Shown in pieces: positions 26,273 to 39,915 of a stretch of 64,000 nucleotides of DNA. The DNA is from Paraglomus brasilianum (taxonomy: Eukaryota). The notes under the pieces were generated by a model. It made no database searches, had not been told where the DNA came from, and saw only the letters and a program-made list of their open reading frames with translations. The translations under genes were made by a program, and so were the position numbers. Numbering within the stretch: the stretch's first letter is position 1; every line of letters starts with the position of its first letter. The stretch covers positions 1 through 64,000 of the forward strand of contig CAJVPI010000027.1 in NCBI GenBank assembly GCA_910592345.1, read 5' to 3'.

Positions 26273-26437
26273 GGGTCCGGTTCATTTCATCGACAATCAT
26301 TTCGCCGACAGTACGTTTCACCGACATAAATTTCATCGAAAACCAATGATAAGTGCGATAAACAATGTGTCACGTGAAATGACTGTCGGTGAAGTGTACT
26401 GTCGATGAAATGATTGTCGATGAAATAAATGCCTCCC
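26273..26437. mobile_element. foldback MITE with GGG...CCC ends
   Basis: ATTTCATCGACAATCATTTC... vs ...GAAATGATTGTCGATGAAAT, long inverted arms built from TTTCxxCGACA subrepeats. Confidence 0.75.
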
Positions 26438-26732
26438 ATCGTACTGAATATGATAAGCTAAATCGGGAATGGATGGATTCCAAAACTCATGAAGTTAATG
26501 GTTCTCAGTCAAATGTCTTTAGTTTGTTTGTTTTTTTTAAAAAAAATTCTCGATAAGACTCAAGTCGGCCAATTCTCGAAAACTGGTTATAACTACTGTG
26601 TCACAGTGACCCGGCACGCATTATCAAGACTACACTCAAAAGATTTTAAATTGTTGGCGTTTAGGAGAGCATCAGATAAAACCAACAGCCCTATCGTTTA
26701 TCTGCATCTCTGTCAACATTAATTTTCTCATA

Positions 26733-26899
26733 CACAGGCAAACTCGATAAGTCGGTCATGTATGATGGACCGACTTATCGAGAGAACCGACTTATCGAGA
26801 GATTTTAAATATTAAAACTGAGAAAAGGGCTTGGGAAGTTTTGGCCTTCTTAGGCCAAAATTGAATCATCGAGAGACCGATTTATCGAGTTTGCCTGTG
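26733..26899. mobile_element. Tc1/pogo-type MITE
   Basis: 25-bp TIR CACAGGCAAACTCGATAAGTCGGTC / GACCGATTTATCGAGTTTGCCTGTG (1 mismatch), TA on both sides, internal ACCGACTTATCGAGAGA direct repeats. Confidence 0.9.
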
Positions 26900-26917
26900 T
26901 ATTATATTTCTTATTTT

Positions 26918-27029
26918 GGGGGTAGGCTAAAGCGGAGTAGTTTTTTTACAATTTCATTGGTTGATATACAAATTTGACCAATGTAATTGCAAGAATCAGG
27001 TCACGTTCTACTCCGCTTTAGCCATCCTC
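26918..27029. mobile_element. small MITE
   Basis: GGCTAAAGCGGAGTAG / CTACTCCGCTTTAGCC perfect 16-bp inverted pair. Confidence 0.75.
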
Positions 27030-30000
27030 GACTAGGATATTTTGTTACACAATTTTACTAAAATGGTTTAGCACTGAATATCGATGTGTCGTATTATGTT
27101 ATGATTGCATGTCGATAAGCTCGCTTGTTTTGATAAAGACCTACAAGTAAATGAGTGGCTTATTATTCGCCGAAGTTGTGACCTATTCCGGGATTTGACC
27201 CATTTCGATTATCTTAAACACTCGTTTATTCATCTTTAACAATAAATTGTAGCAAAGATATAGTAATACTAATACTTGTTAAACGTACAGTCATAACGAT
27301 TAATGTAATAGTCGTTTGTAGGGTGGCAGTTTAAGGCTACAAGTGTTATCGGTCGTTCTACAATCACAACAGGTACCATCATACTATATTCAGTCCTCAA
27401 CCATAACAATGTACCGCTGACAAATAGTCTTCCTTTTTAAAAACATCAAAGATTGAGTTGCTGTACTATAGTAAGCTTGCAATAAGAACTAGATTTAGAC
27501 GTATTATTATATGACATATTTTCGATCTTTACAGGAAATAGTAATAGTGGCTCTGGAACTCTGAATGTTATTTCTGATGAAATGGCAGAAGATTTTTGGG
27601 TTAATAGCAAGCGACCAAGTGTACTCATAAAATTTATGTTGGCTTAATTAGAATTAGATGTTGAAAAAATGTACCTTTTCGAGTAATCAGACACAATTTA
27701 ATTTTAAGCGACAAATAAAAAAATTGCTTGTTGTACATATCCGGTATAGTCTCTAAAATTATTTGTCTGTGTGTCACTGTGATGAAAAATTTTCTGTAGA
27801 TTATCCCATGTTTGCAAAATCGAATCTCAGAATGGGTCACAACATCAATGACAAGAATAAACTCGTTCGAGATCAATGACCAACCAATCACATTCGATCT
27901 ATGCAACTCGATATGTGTCAATCTACGAATCATCACGTAACAAATGTCAACGTTTATTACATAATTGCATCAAGTAGTTGAACCGGATTATTTGGTTGAT
28001 GCATAGACTTTTTTTCATGTGAGTTGCCGAAATATAGTATCAAAATCCATAATACATAACACAGCATTTCCAATCCGAGTATAATTACAATAATACTGAT
28101 CACTGAAGCATGAACCAGTTGTTCGCTTTGGTGGTTAATAATTTTATTTTAACGAAAAGACACAACAGACAGAAATGAAGCAGGGATTTCATAAGCGAGA
28201 ACCCTTATTTATTCTGAGTGATAACTTCCCGTTCTCACCAGCACTATTTACGTAAACAAACTATTTCTTTACCGTCAATTAGGACTAATGGCACCATTAC
28301 CAGGAAAAAGCCCGCTTTGAAAAGCACTTTTGATTGTAAGGCATTAATTCAAGTGTTAACCGTGAGATAATTCATGCGATACTAACTGGTTTTTATTCCA
28401 AAGAGGAAGAACATGAGATTTACACAAGAAGTTTAACTTTACATTCTTATAGAAAAAATAGTAGTCGTAAACATTTAGTTACATTACATTGAATAGTATT
28501 AAAACAATAAGCAGCTCCACAAGAAAAAGAAAGCAAGATGTTGTAAAAGTTTGTTTACAGCACAATAAAATATGCAAACGAGAAGATGTAAAGCAAACTC
28601 ACAAACTGCGTTAGTATTAGTGACAACTAATAAATTAAATCCATATTGAATATGGAATATAATCCTTTACAGAGAAATCAATATTTTGATGTGTTATAAA
28701 TTACGTGTTACCTTACTGTTCGCTAGTTTGGGGGGACCCGTGCTAAATTGTATATGTTAAACAGTGAATAATTATCATATATTAAAGGTTTAATTATTAT
28801 TTGGACACCCCGTTTATACAAAAATAACTGTATAAACCAATAAGCAATACACATTATATCGAATCTTGAAAAGGTAAACTTCGGTCCAGCATGTCCGGTA
28901 GATAATATGTGTGTGCTTATTATTTACTTAATTAAAACAAATACTCCGTCCAGATCATAAATAGAGTGTATTTAACCAATAGCATAGATGCTAATTTAAC
29001 ATCGACGTGGCTTGTCATAATTGCACAATCCATCGGTCATATTACAGTATTACTGTATCAAGACAGCCGAATATTAGTCGAGGACGTATGCATCTCGAGG
29101 ACGTATGTGAGAAAGTCGGACGAACGGATATTTTGTCCGTGACACAGAAAACGACTTTATCGCCTAAAATATTATCCGCACAAATAGGGAAAACAAACCC
29201 CATTTTATCTCCGCTGTATACAGCATCACGAATATTGAATGTATGAATGCATATATGGTATTGTAGAAAATAGCATAGTACTGAGTCTCTCTTTGCACAG
29301 ACAGTTCAGACAATTGTAATGTGCGTACAAACAATAACATCAAGTTGAACAAGTCGAAGAACAAAAAGCAAAATATAAATCTATACATTGTTCTATGGTC
29401 TCAACTTGACATGCGACTACAATATTGCTCATTGTATGCCTGACTTTACATCGTAATTTGACGTATGTCCACTTAGAACCGATGACATATGTCAGCGATA
29501 GATAGATATAATTTCTCAATATGCTACGTAACCAATTAGCTTACGTCCATGTCTTTTCTTTACTTGAAGAAGACTGGATCATTTTTAATTCTCGAGAAAA
29601 GGATTATCGGAGTTGCGGAAAGATGGAAAATCCAACAAGTGTAAAAAATAGGTCATTTAAACAATATGATACTGCATGTAATAAACAAGTCATTGCTAAA
29701 AATTCTTAAACATAGACTCGATTAGTATTTATGGTACTGCAGAATGAACACAAATGCAAGCCTCGAACTTTAAAATTTTATTTACATTATTTAATATAGA
29801 TATTCTGTTCAAAATGATCATGTATGGCAGAATTAATAGATATGTTGTTGGTTCAGAACATCTTTGACCATAAGCAGCCCACTGTATAAACTTTATTCCT
29901 AATTAATGCGAAGCAAAAGGGTGTTGTTAATAAAATAAGGAAATAGTAGATGTTTATTGGACATAAAAGATATCAGTCATTGGAAGTAAGGGCTGTGTTG

Positions 30001-32139
30001 AGAGACGTAGCTCATTAAGCCCCTAAAGATATCAATTACTGCGTATATGTTTTGCCGCCGTCCTATTTATAACTGTGATTGTTGGAACATAGAGGGTACG
30101 TAATAAGTTTCAGTGCTATTCGTCATTCGGACAGGAACTCCGCCAGGACTATTTGGATGTTGCACAGCATATTTTTACAATCAAAACACTTTGTTTGTCA
30201 AAAAAGTGTGGATCATCCTAGCACCGGTATCAAGAATGGCAAGACTTATGGCTGTTGTGTAAAAATTAAGAATCCAAAGTTAAAACGTTTTATTAATAGA
30301 CATACAGTACATATATCTGCTTAATAAATTGGTTAATACCATTGTTTGTGCGGCCATTTTACATGTACCAATTGTTTATAATTAAAGTAAGCTTTTGTAA
30401 GAATCGAATTTGAATGAATACATTGATTGTCGAAATTCAAAGCCAAATGTCCAAGAACTCTATCAATTATAGCCTTATCGAGTCCGGGTTTGTTTATTTT
30501 TTGTGCGCGGCCAAAATGGTTGTTGGGCTGGTTGTTGGGCTGGTTTTGCGTAGCCAAATGAGTATCGATAGAAAAGCTTCCTTTGTTATTTATAATCAAT
30601 TTGACTTAATCGAATGCCCTTTGTTTAAACCGATTGGTTGCTTTTAGAGAAGTTGCCTATCGTTAACTAAGAGTAGACATTTGCTTGTCAGGTTGTTGAA
30701 ACTGTGTTACACATAGCTAGTTAGCCCCAACCAGTTAAGTTGAATTTCCGAAAAAATCTAAATTCGGAATCAACATCCGTTATACCTAAATTTTTGGCAT
30801 AATTAGTTTTACCTATTTTATTCAATTGTTTGATATGTGTGTGGAATTCATTGCGCCCTTAGAAAACTCGTATAAAAAATTGTGTTGGTTTCTAATCAGA
30901 ATTGGTTGTTTGTAACTCAACGTCATCGATTGTTGTCCAAATACATATTAATTAATACCCATAATAAAGCTCATTATAAAAATTTTGGAACATAAACAAG
31001 TGTCCAAATTCTAACGGCTTACGGCAACATGTCCGTCAATGTGTGAATTTGATTATCCGACCTAGCTGACTAATTGTTATGTCTAGCAACAAGATTTTAT
31101 TCATGAGGGTTTAGAGAAGACAATTGTTACTACAAGCCTTTGAGTCGGCTTTTATAAAAGCCGCGTGTATTGGGTTATTTCGGATTTAACTAATTGATTT
31201 ATACCTGCTACAATATCGATATCCTGCTTAATTGTTTTGATCAATGAGAAACATTTATAATTGATACGCGCACGACATTTAAATAATTGATTGCATTATA
31301 TAAACAAATACATGGCAACCATGATTAAAACTAAATACAATAACTAAATGCGGTTTAGTAAATCTGCGTATGCATTTTCTAAGATGCAGGAATTCATTTT
31401 CCGTGGAAAAAAAAAAACCAACGAGAGTGATACACGATGACGAGAGATGATAGGTGCGTCCTTTAATATCATATTTGGTCTATGTTTGTGATCGAGATCA
31501 AAAAGTTGGCTTTTACTTTCCGATTTTGTCTTGTTAAACCTTAAATGTTAGTACCTTACTAAGCGTCAATGATACTATATTAAACACAGCCTTGCAGATC
31601 GTGGAAGATACTTAAAAATTCTGTTTCCGTTGTCGCAGAGAAGAAAAAGAAGGTTACGGAGCGGAGAATGGCGTTTTTAAATTTGCATGTTGCGTCGCAA
31701 AGTACGTTTTGTAATCCATCACTCAATGACCGTCATACATGAATAGCATAGAAATGGCATGCCAAATTTCCCGTTTTATTGTAGAGTGAATCTTTTTTTG
31801 TTCATTCAGCAACATAATATTCATAGCTGCTGAATAATATGCATGCCAAGTATCAGAAAGGCTGATTCGGTATTTATCTGGTGTTGCGTTTTGTGAATTT
31901 TTTTGGCATACAAGCAAAGAGGTTTTGTCTGATTAGTCTCTAACTTAAATATGTTTACGTCCCCGAGAACACAAATATGCTACGGCAAATTGCTACAGCA
32001 TATACATCAACACAATGGTTGCTTATTAACATCGCTCAAACTTATATAAATGCCCACTCTTTGCTCAACACTCTCCGCATATAATATAGACATTAGATAG
32101 ATTTATTATAGATTAGATTATTTGGATCAATTATATACA

Positions 32140-32982
32140 ATGTCTAAACTCTTTGTTCCTGAACGAACGTTCATTCTACCCTTTGCTGTCAATAATGACA
32201 GAGCTTATACGATTGAATTGATGGATGCTGCAAACATTCGTAATTCTTTTGAACGTAATCTTTTGCTCAATCCACCATACCCTCTCAGCTTACCTCTCAG
32301 AGAGCTTCTGAAACCAATGCGGAAAGACGCTACTTCATCACCTCCTAGACCAATGAACGGTTGGATTATCTTTCGCAGAGACCTCGAAGGTCAACTGCGT
32401 TTTTATTATTCTGGACAACCGCGTAGCATGAAGGAAACTTCCGCAATTGCTAGTAATTTTTGGAAAAATCGGCCAAAAGTAAAACTATACTTTACTATTC
32501 TTGCTAAACTGGCAGAGAAAGTACACAAAGATGTCTATCCCGATTACTGTTATAAGCCGAAGAGGTCAAATCGGCCCAAGCCACCAAGCTGGCCTTTTAT
32601 ACAAGTGGATGGAAACAAGCCTACTCGGAAAAAAAATAACAAAAAGGACGTATCTGAAATTGATGGTCAGACACATCAACACATTGGGCAATGTAATGTC
32701 GATAACAACACTCATTTACAAAATAATGTTGACGAATCCTGCCAACGCGTTAACATATACGTTAGTGACAATACGCTTAGCTTGCCTTCTAATGTTCACG
32801 TCGATTCTTTCGGTCTCCTTACTATCAGAGACAATGCAACAATTCAAGACGACATTGGTACATCAAATTTTCCGACAATTGGTCATGAAATTTACTTTAA
32901 TGATAATATGCCGTTTTTAATCTACATACCAGTGCTGGAAAATGGTATGGAAGAGTATCCAATGATTAGTAATGTTCCATAG
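32140..32982 (+). CDS. MATA-type HMG-box transcription factor (HMG-2), intronless
   Basis: PPRPMNGWIIFR...TSAIASNFWK...VKLYF..LA.LA...HKDVYPDYCYKP. TATATAAA at ~32043. First ATG at 32140. Confidence 0.92.
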   Translation: MSKLFVPERTFILPFAVNNDRAYTIELMDAANIRNSFERNLLLNPPYPLSLPLRELLKPMRKDATSSPPRPMNGWIIFRRDLEGQLRFYYSGQPRSMKETSAIASNFWKNRPKVKLYFTILAKLAEKVHKDVYPDYCYKPKRSNRPKPPSWPFIQVDGNKPTRKKNNKKDVSEIDGQTHQHIGQCNVDNNTHLQNNVDESCQRVNIYVSDNTLSLPSNVHVDSFGLLTIRDNATIQDDIGTSNFPTIGHEIYFNDNMPFLIYIPVLENGMEEYPMISNVP

Positions 32983-33512
32983 TTTAATACTAGTTACGAG
33001 GGGAGGGGCATTTAACTACAACTTATGATTTTATTAAGTTAATTCTTATGATATGCATAATATTATTAAGCCATCAAACTTTTTTTAACTACGACTATGC
33101 GTTCTAATTTGAATAGCTTTTATTTTATGTTCAGAGAAAGCCTGATCCGGATATAATTTAATTAATTTGCTTTTCGTTTACGACAATTCGTTTGTCAAAA
33201 ACTTTAGCGGCCGTCGTTACCAAATACAAAAGTCACCAAGGGACAATATGAAACAAATACAGTCGGGGCGAATGTATTTTTGGTTCGTGTAATGCTTTAT
33301 TAAGATTAATAATCATGTATAATAAAATATGATTTTCAATTACTTTGCGAAGCAAGAGTTAAATTCAGTAATTTTGTCAACACTGTCGAGGCCTAGAATT
33401 TAGTCCGTCTACGGCAATTCCTGTAATAGCTTAGCCTTTTACAACCCCATGGCTTTGTTTAACTGAGTGCTTAACCGAATGCTAACAAAAATGTGCTAGA
33501 ATTTTGTACATA

Positions 33513-33604
33513 TGTTGTACTGTACCTCAGTTTGGGGCCTGTTTCAGTTCTGGACTGAGGTATCTGAGTTCTAGACTGAGATGGTTCCGAACTGAGGTAC
33601 AACA
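33513..33604. mobile_element. TGTTG...CAACA mini-element, copy 3
   Basis: TGTTGTAC(TGTAC)CTCAGTTTGG...CCGAACTGAGGTACAACA, TA on both sides. Confidence 0.8.
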
Positions 33605-33606
33605 TA

Positions 33607-34735
33607 CAGTGATCATCCAATGTGTTTCGGCCAAGTATGATTAAATCCAATGCAGGGTTTCTCCGTGAAAATCCGACAAATTTGACGATCTTTTTTTTTG
33701 TTTAATACTAAAAACTTTTATTTTACCTCGTCTTGAACAAATTTATTTGTTAAAACCTTACATTTTGAGCAAATATGACAAAAACCCGCGAATTAACTAT
33801 ATTTGAGAGAGGTGAGATTATTAGACTTCACAAGAGCAAACACATCCTACAGAAATTTCCCGACTGCTTAAAATACCTGTGACAGCGTAATAAAAAAGTT
33901 TGAAAAAGATAAAACTGTAATCCCCAACCCTCGTATCGGGAGACCACCCCTTTTGAAGGCAATCAATAAACGCCATTTATTCGCACTGCTGTTGCTAATA
34001 GAAAGGATTCCGTGGAGGAAATAACTGAGAAGTTAACAGCTTAGAATTAACCGAGTTACAATTACTACAAGACGTGTTCTTCATGAACATGGCTATTATG
34101 GTCGTGTTGGTCAGAGAAAGCCGCTTGTTTCTGAGAGTAATAAAAAAAGCGCTTCAAATGGTGTCAAGAAAGACTGCGATGGGATAAAGAGTGGGATAAC
34201 GTAATTTGGAGTGATGAATCACGATTCCTTCTATTTGAAAGCGAGGTAAGCATTACGTATGGCGTAAACCTCATGAAAAGTATGACATAGATTGCATACG
34301 TGGTATTTCCGACTGTAAAAGGCAGTAAAGGTATAATGGTTTGAGGGGTTTTACAAAGGATAAACTTGGTCCTTTAGTGGTGATAGAAGAACGATTACAT
34401 GAAGAGCATATATAAATTTGTTAGAGGAGAATTTATTATCTTTTATGCAAGATTTTGGTGATGATATCACTTATACTTTCCAAGATGATAATGCGCTTGT
34501 ACATAGAGCGAAGGCTGTTATCGATTGGAAAAAAGAAAATTTAATAACTTCTCTTCCTTGGCCAGCGCAAAGTCCAGATCTTAACATTTATGGGATATTT
34601 GGGTAGAAAAGTGCATGAACACAAACCTCATCCAAAAATTTTAAGATCTGGTGCAAGAGGAGTGGCTGCGAGTGATTAATAGATAGTATGCCCCGTAGAG
34701 TTAGGTCTGTTATGGAAATCCCATAAAATATTAAT
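33607..34735 (+). mobile_element. Tc1-type transposon remnant (pseudogenised transposase)
   Basis: TA|CAGTG start. MTKTRELTIFERGEII at 33775, then VIWSDESRF, FQDDNALVHRAK, LPWPAQSPDLN and SMPRRV in shifting frames. The right TIR was not found. Confidence 0.85.
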
Positions 34736-36205
34736 GTGATATTCAAAAATTTTATATTGAAGCGATTCAAACGATATCATGCAGCGGCAATAACTCTATC
34801 GCTTACTAGGTTTCAAATTAAGTAAATTCTGTATGTAGTATTTAGATGTGAGATATGACGTGGCGAAACAACTAAAGATACTTAAGAACTGTTCTTTGTT
34901 CAGCAATAGTGAAGATTCAATGCTCAAGCAGAGGAGTCAACTGTTTCTAAGACAATAGAGTAACGGAGTAAAATTGAACGATGATTCCCAGTAACGTGAT
35001 ATGACCATCACATGAAAAGTTTCCAGGATTTGTATTTCCATTTCTGGACAATCAAAAAGTTTGAAACATCCTAATTAGAATTATCACACAACCAATTTTG
35101 TTCTTATCCAGATATGGGTTGGGATAACGGATTAGGAATGGGTTCGTCTAATTTGGCCACTAGTTTATATCACCAGTCTATTTTGCAGATGCTGTAATAG
35201 TTTAATGCATCTTTACTTTATTGAAAGAAACAAAACGATACAAGCGTCAGAAATTTAAATGGACGATTTCCAAATTAGGCGCCCTCCCCTAGTCCATATC
35301 GAGATCCAACATGCAGAAAATGTTAATGTGGTAACACCACAGGGGCTGTACATACATATTAATAGGCTCTGCGTTCGAACATATTAATTATTAGTTTTTG
35401 ACCAAAAAATGACCTTAAAATGACGCAAATTCAACGAATATGGTAAGCACCGATTTAATGATCAACCAACCGGTTAAGCGAAATCTCACCTGTCTGCTGA
35501 AAAACAGCACAATATATGATTGGAAGCTAAATATCGTTTAATGTGAATCTAAAGCGGACATAGAACACACCCAGCGAGTACATTTGTTGAAATTACTGTA
35601 TATTCACAGTCGTAACACATTTTACCATTACATTTATTTGCTCCAAGCGTAAAGAAATTTCACATTATTTAGTGTATAAACAAGACTTATCCGAATTGAT
35701 TGATACTTTTATCTCTTTTTGACATTACCAAGAGTAATGACCAGAAAAATGATATCATTGTGTCGAGATTGTTACATCATGTTTTGGAGGCTTGGATTGC
35801 AGTACGTTTAATTCACGATATTAAAATCGATCTCGAATTTAATGAATGACATCATAATTAAATCTTTCACAAGAAAAAAAACCCTGATGTCATTATAATC
35901 AATGTGTCGTTCGAACAATAGTTCTTTGAGAAACGCCTCGCTTGAATCCATTGCGCCAGGTCGGTAAGTGATTTATTGAAAAGTTTATGTCATGTGCGAG
36001 GCTGCCCTGCATACATTCCTGACTCGGAGAGAAAGCTAAACAAATTCAACAAGTGCATTTCCCTAATATAAATAGGCGATACGTTAATCTTGATAAACAT
36101 TTGTTCAAAATTCATAAAAATTGAGGTATGCTTCGAGGTTTTCTCCCCACTTCCAACAACCAAACAGTCAATTGGCAAACTTACGAAAAGAAAAAATTAT
36201 TTAAA

Positions 36206-36736
36206 ATGAAATTAGTCTATTTTCTTTCTCTCTTGGTCGCTCTGATATTCGCCGACTCCACACAAGCCAGTGCCACGCGTCTCGCAAAGAAATGGAATAA
36301 GCCATGTTGTCCTATTTCTAGATGTGTGTTTAATAAAGGTGACCAGCTCGTGAATGCGCCCGGATTCTCCGGTAACACATTTAACGGGCTTCTCCAATTT
36401 ACACAGTCACCCAACAACACTTTGCAAATTAGTGGCTTTATAAATATTCAGGGTGCGATAAACGAAGAAGTTGAAGGTGTCTATAATATTCATGTGGCCA
36501 ATTGCAGCACGGCCAGTACCCCAACACCTGGAGATCCTCCCACCATCGATTTGGACTTTGAGTCTTTTGGCTTGCCAATTTTAACATCGGCAGATCTAGG
36601 AATCAGTAACATCACAAACCAATGCTGTTTTGTCGTAGAGGAGTTTGCAGTATTTCAAGGATCAATTCCTCCTAAGGAGAGAATTTACGGAGTTGCACCA
36701 GTAGAAACTGTTGTAGACTGCACAAATATTCATTAG
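36206..36736 (+). CDS. small secreted Cys-rich protein (176 aa), possible degenerate Cu/Zn-SOD-like beta-barrel
   Basis: Signal-peptide-like MKLVYFLSLLVALIFADSTQA, 7 Cys, TATA at ~36067. An in-frame upstream ATG exists at 36128. Confidence 0.8.
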   Translation: MKLVYFLSLLVALIFADSTQASATRLAKKWNKPCCPISRCVFNKGDQLVNAPGFSGNTFNGLLQFTQSPNNTLQISGFINIQGAINEEVEGVYNIHVANCSTASTPTPGDPPTIDLDFESFGLPILTSADLGISNITNQCCFVVEEFAVFQGSIPPKERIYGVAPVETVVDCTNIH

Positions 36737-38384
36737 CAGTACCAACCATTGGGTAACAGAAATAGCTTTTAGCAGTTTTATATTATGTTGTTATTGTTGG
36801 TTGTTTTGTTTGTATGAATTTTTAATAAGAAATATCTTCTAATTATACTTTGTCGGATTTTGCTAATTAATAAATGAAGCAATAAACATGTACAAACAAT
36901 AAAGCCGGTATCGGATAATCATTCATAAATTCATTTCTTTGTTACCGACAAATGAGAAACTTGATTTTGGTTTTGTTCCTCATCGTTGCGATCACGATAA
37001 CTGACGTTTTAAACCCATGGCAGCATGTTTAAAAATAGACATTAAGTTTATAAATCCATTCCTGGGTAATTCGTATGCCAGATAGAGCCAGCCTGTTCTA
37101 TTATTACAGTATTATATGATAACGGTTTACTGTGTAGAAGAGCTGTCTATTACTATACCTCTTTTAATGCCAGTAAATCGTACCAAGCACTGTCACGTGC
37201 CAAATTTTATCACATTTTTAGTACTGCAAAACGGAGAATTACCATTATTAGGTAATTATTTCATGTGTTGGTTGTGACTGCGGTAGTCACAGCAGTCATT
37301 TGATGTGTTAGATTTGAATGTACTGTACCTACATATTAATTAGCATTAATTTTATACGACGTAGTCATAAATATTTTCAAATAATTATTGAATAATTACT
37401 TATACGATGTGAATTAGGCTTATTTACTGTATATTATGTCGACATGTATAAACGGTTGTTGAATCTTAACCAGTGAATATGGTCAGTAACTAATCAGATC
37501 CTTGGTGTTAAACACTACTGTACTTAAACAGATATTGACGAGAAATTCGAATTCTCTTTTCCGTTATTCTCACTCATCCCACGTCTATTGTCGATGACGC
37601 ATTTCTTAACACGCTTTTCCCAAATCACCTTTGTTGTATGTCAATTTGGAATTGACATATGTCAGATTGGAATTGGATAATCTGTGAACGCAACGTATTT
37701 TATTATTTATTATCAAAATGATGTATGCATATGTTTATCGTAATACTCAATTCCATAGTTCTTACATATCAAAAGCTAATCACTTGTTTCAGCAAAAAGA
37801 AACGAGCTTATTACAATCCGAACTCTTCGTTTGCTATTATTATCTTTTAATATTGGGAGTTAATATTACATTATTAGGTACACGTGCTATCGCGATTTAC
37901 TTCATGTAGTTATATAGTTAAAATACTGAAACAGGCATTTTCATAAACAGCTTATGATTAATATACTATTTTTCAGAGTTTAACATGAAATATCATTTAT
38001 CAACCAGCCTGTTTACTGTTGTCGCTTATCATTAACCTCATAAGAATGTAAGTAATAATATACGTGACTTGTAAATTATTAGATAAAGCTCTTATACAAA
38101 ATTATATCGTATAAGGTGTAAGAAATATGGTCATATCATTATTCGTTGCTAAATTGCATTGATGTTCTTTACACTATTCCCTCCGCATATGAAAATCTAA
38201 TTTGTACGATAACTTGCTTGATGTTTTTATCATCATTAGTATAGAAGCAAATGTCGAAATATGTATTATGTCTGAATTTGGTATTTAAAACTAATGAAGC
38301 CTTCGTGGAGAATTCTATAATAACGGGTTCAAATTTCATAAAGTTTTAGTCTTCGTTTAACCTGTCAAACTGTAATATTGTATA

Positions 38385-39240
38385 TTAGTTAGACAAATAT
38401 CTGTTTTGCACCAACAGTCCATACAGTCCATAATAAATCCCAAGGATTGACAATACCTTGAATTTCAATTTTCTTTGATTCTCAACTTTTGCTCCTGGGC
38501 CAGGCATATGTGGAGAATATAATCTTTTAGAACATGTAGCAGAAACAACTCCATTTACATTGTCTTTGTAAATACAACCCCCCGTAATCATAATACAAGT
38601 TTACATACCTTTTACTCAAATTAAAAATTGATTAATAATTCGTTGATTAACAATGCTTCTTAGTTCTTAATTAAAGACAAAAACTTTTTTGCATGAAATG
38701 TGAGTTTCTTCCCCTGATTACATTTTGTGATTTATCACCCGATACATTTCCACACACATTATTTATAGTTCTCGACTCAATATGATGCAATAAATTTCTG
38801 TAAAGAGGATAGAATTATGCCTTCTTTATTGGCATAAAGCCTTCACATACAAACAAATACCTCGAATGTTCTCAAAGATTGATTGGAACAAATATACAGT
38901 AATTATTTCTGAAACATACTGCGGCGATAAATAAAAGTCCATGATATGTACAAGAATTGTTATCGCAAATTAACCTTTAAAAGAATTTGGGAACCAGTTA
39001 AATAGTAATTAGTATTATATCGCTTTAACTTTATATAATAATAAAAGCTCTTTTCTTTATTTGATGAAAGATTTGTTAATCTCTTTGTTATCTCATCTCG
39101 TTCAATTGAATACGCGTTACAATCTAGGCAAGTCTCAAATTTTGCAGGATCTTGTTGCAAAAAGTGATTTATACTGCTTCAAGGTCATATAGAATGTCTC
39201 GATTACAATGTAACCGTTTTCATAGCCATCATTTCTTCTC
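38385..39240 (-). pseudogene. degraded coding remnant, probably TE-derived
   Basis: Interrupted coding-like pieces (ITGGCIYKDNVNGVVSATCSKRLY...; FETCLDCNAY...) with no intact gene model. Confidence 0.3.
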
Positions 39241-39915
39241 AGTTGTTTTTAATTAATATTTTGCACATTACTCCTTTTCTAAAAGAAAGATTTGACCAAG
39301 TGACAATTGTAGTAGGTTAACGCAAAACATTTGCGTGAAATTAAAACAAGGATGTAGTTCTTGCTTCTCGTTATAACATCCGACAAATTGAGATTAATTT
39401 ACCTCCATTTTTATTCCAATCTGATAGTGATAAAGTAAAGTTCGGCATTACCGAGCAGTTTTTAGATTCAACTGAATTGGACTAGAAATTTCAAGAAACT
39501 CGGATCTTACAAAAGACGTGGGGATGTAGCATGCTCTGGAGATGCAGGTTTATGTGGATAAATATCAAACGTGGGATTATTAATACGTTTTAAGCATTAT
39601 GACAAAAAGGACATTTCTACAACAGCAATGAGATAGCTTAATGGAGCCCAACAAAAAAAATTGGATCTCATTACTACTGACATGGGATCGTACTTGTGAA
39701 TTAATAGAATTGACAATTTCTCGTCAGCTGCAACATTTGCTGCTCCCTTTGTGCAAAATTAACGAAGACATATTACTGCGTGGTACCAAGGTATGGATGC
39801 ACCATAAGTTTGAAAGGCTTTTTAATTAAATATAGATGGATAAAGAACAATTCGTTGGGGGAAATGTGGACTTTTTCTTTACAAGATTAAGTAAAGGGAT
39901 GTGCAACACTTACGA

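Noticed and set aside
28943..28975. Stowaway/mariner-like end TACTCCGTCCAGATCATAAATAGAGTG
   Set aside because: No partner TIR was found nearby.
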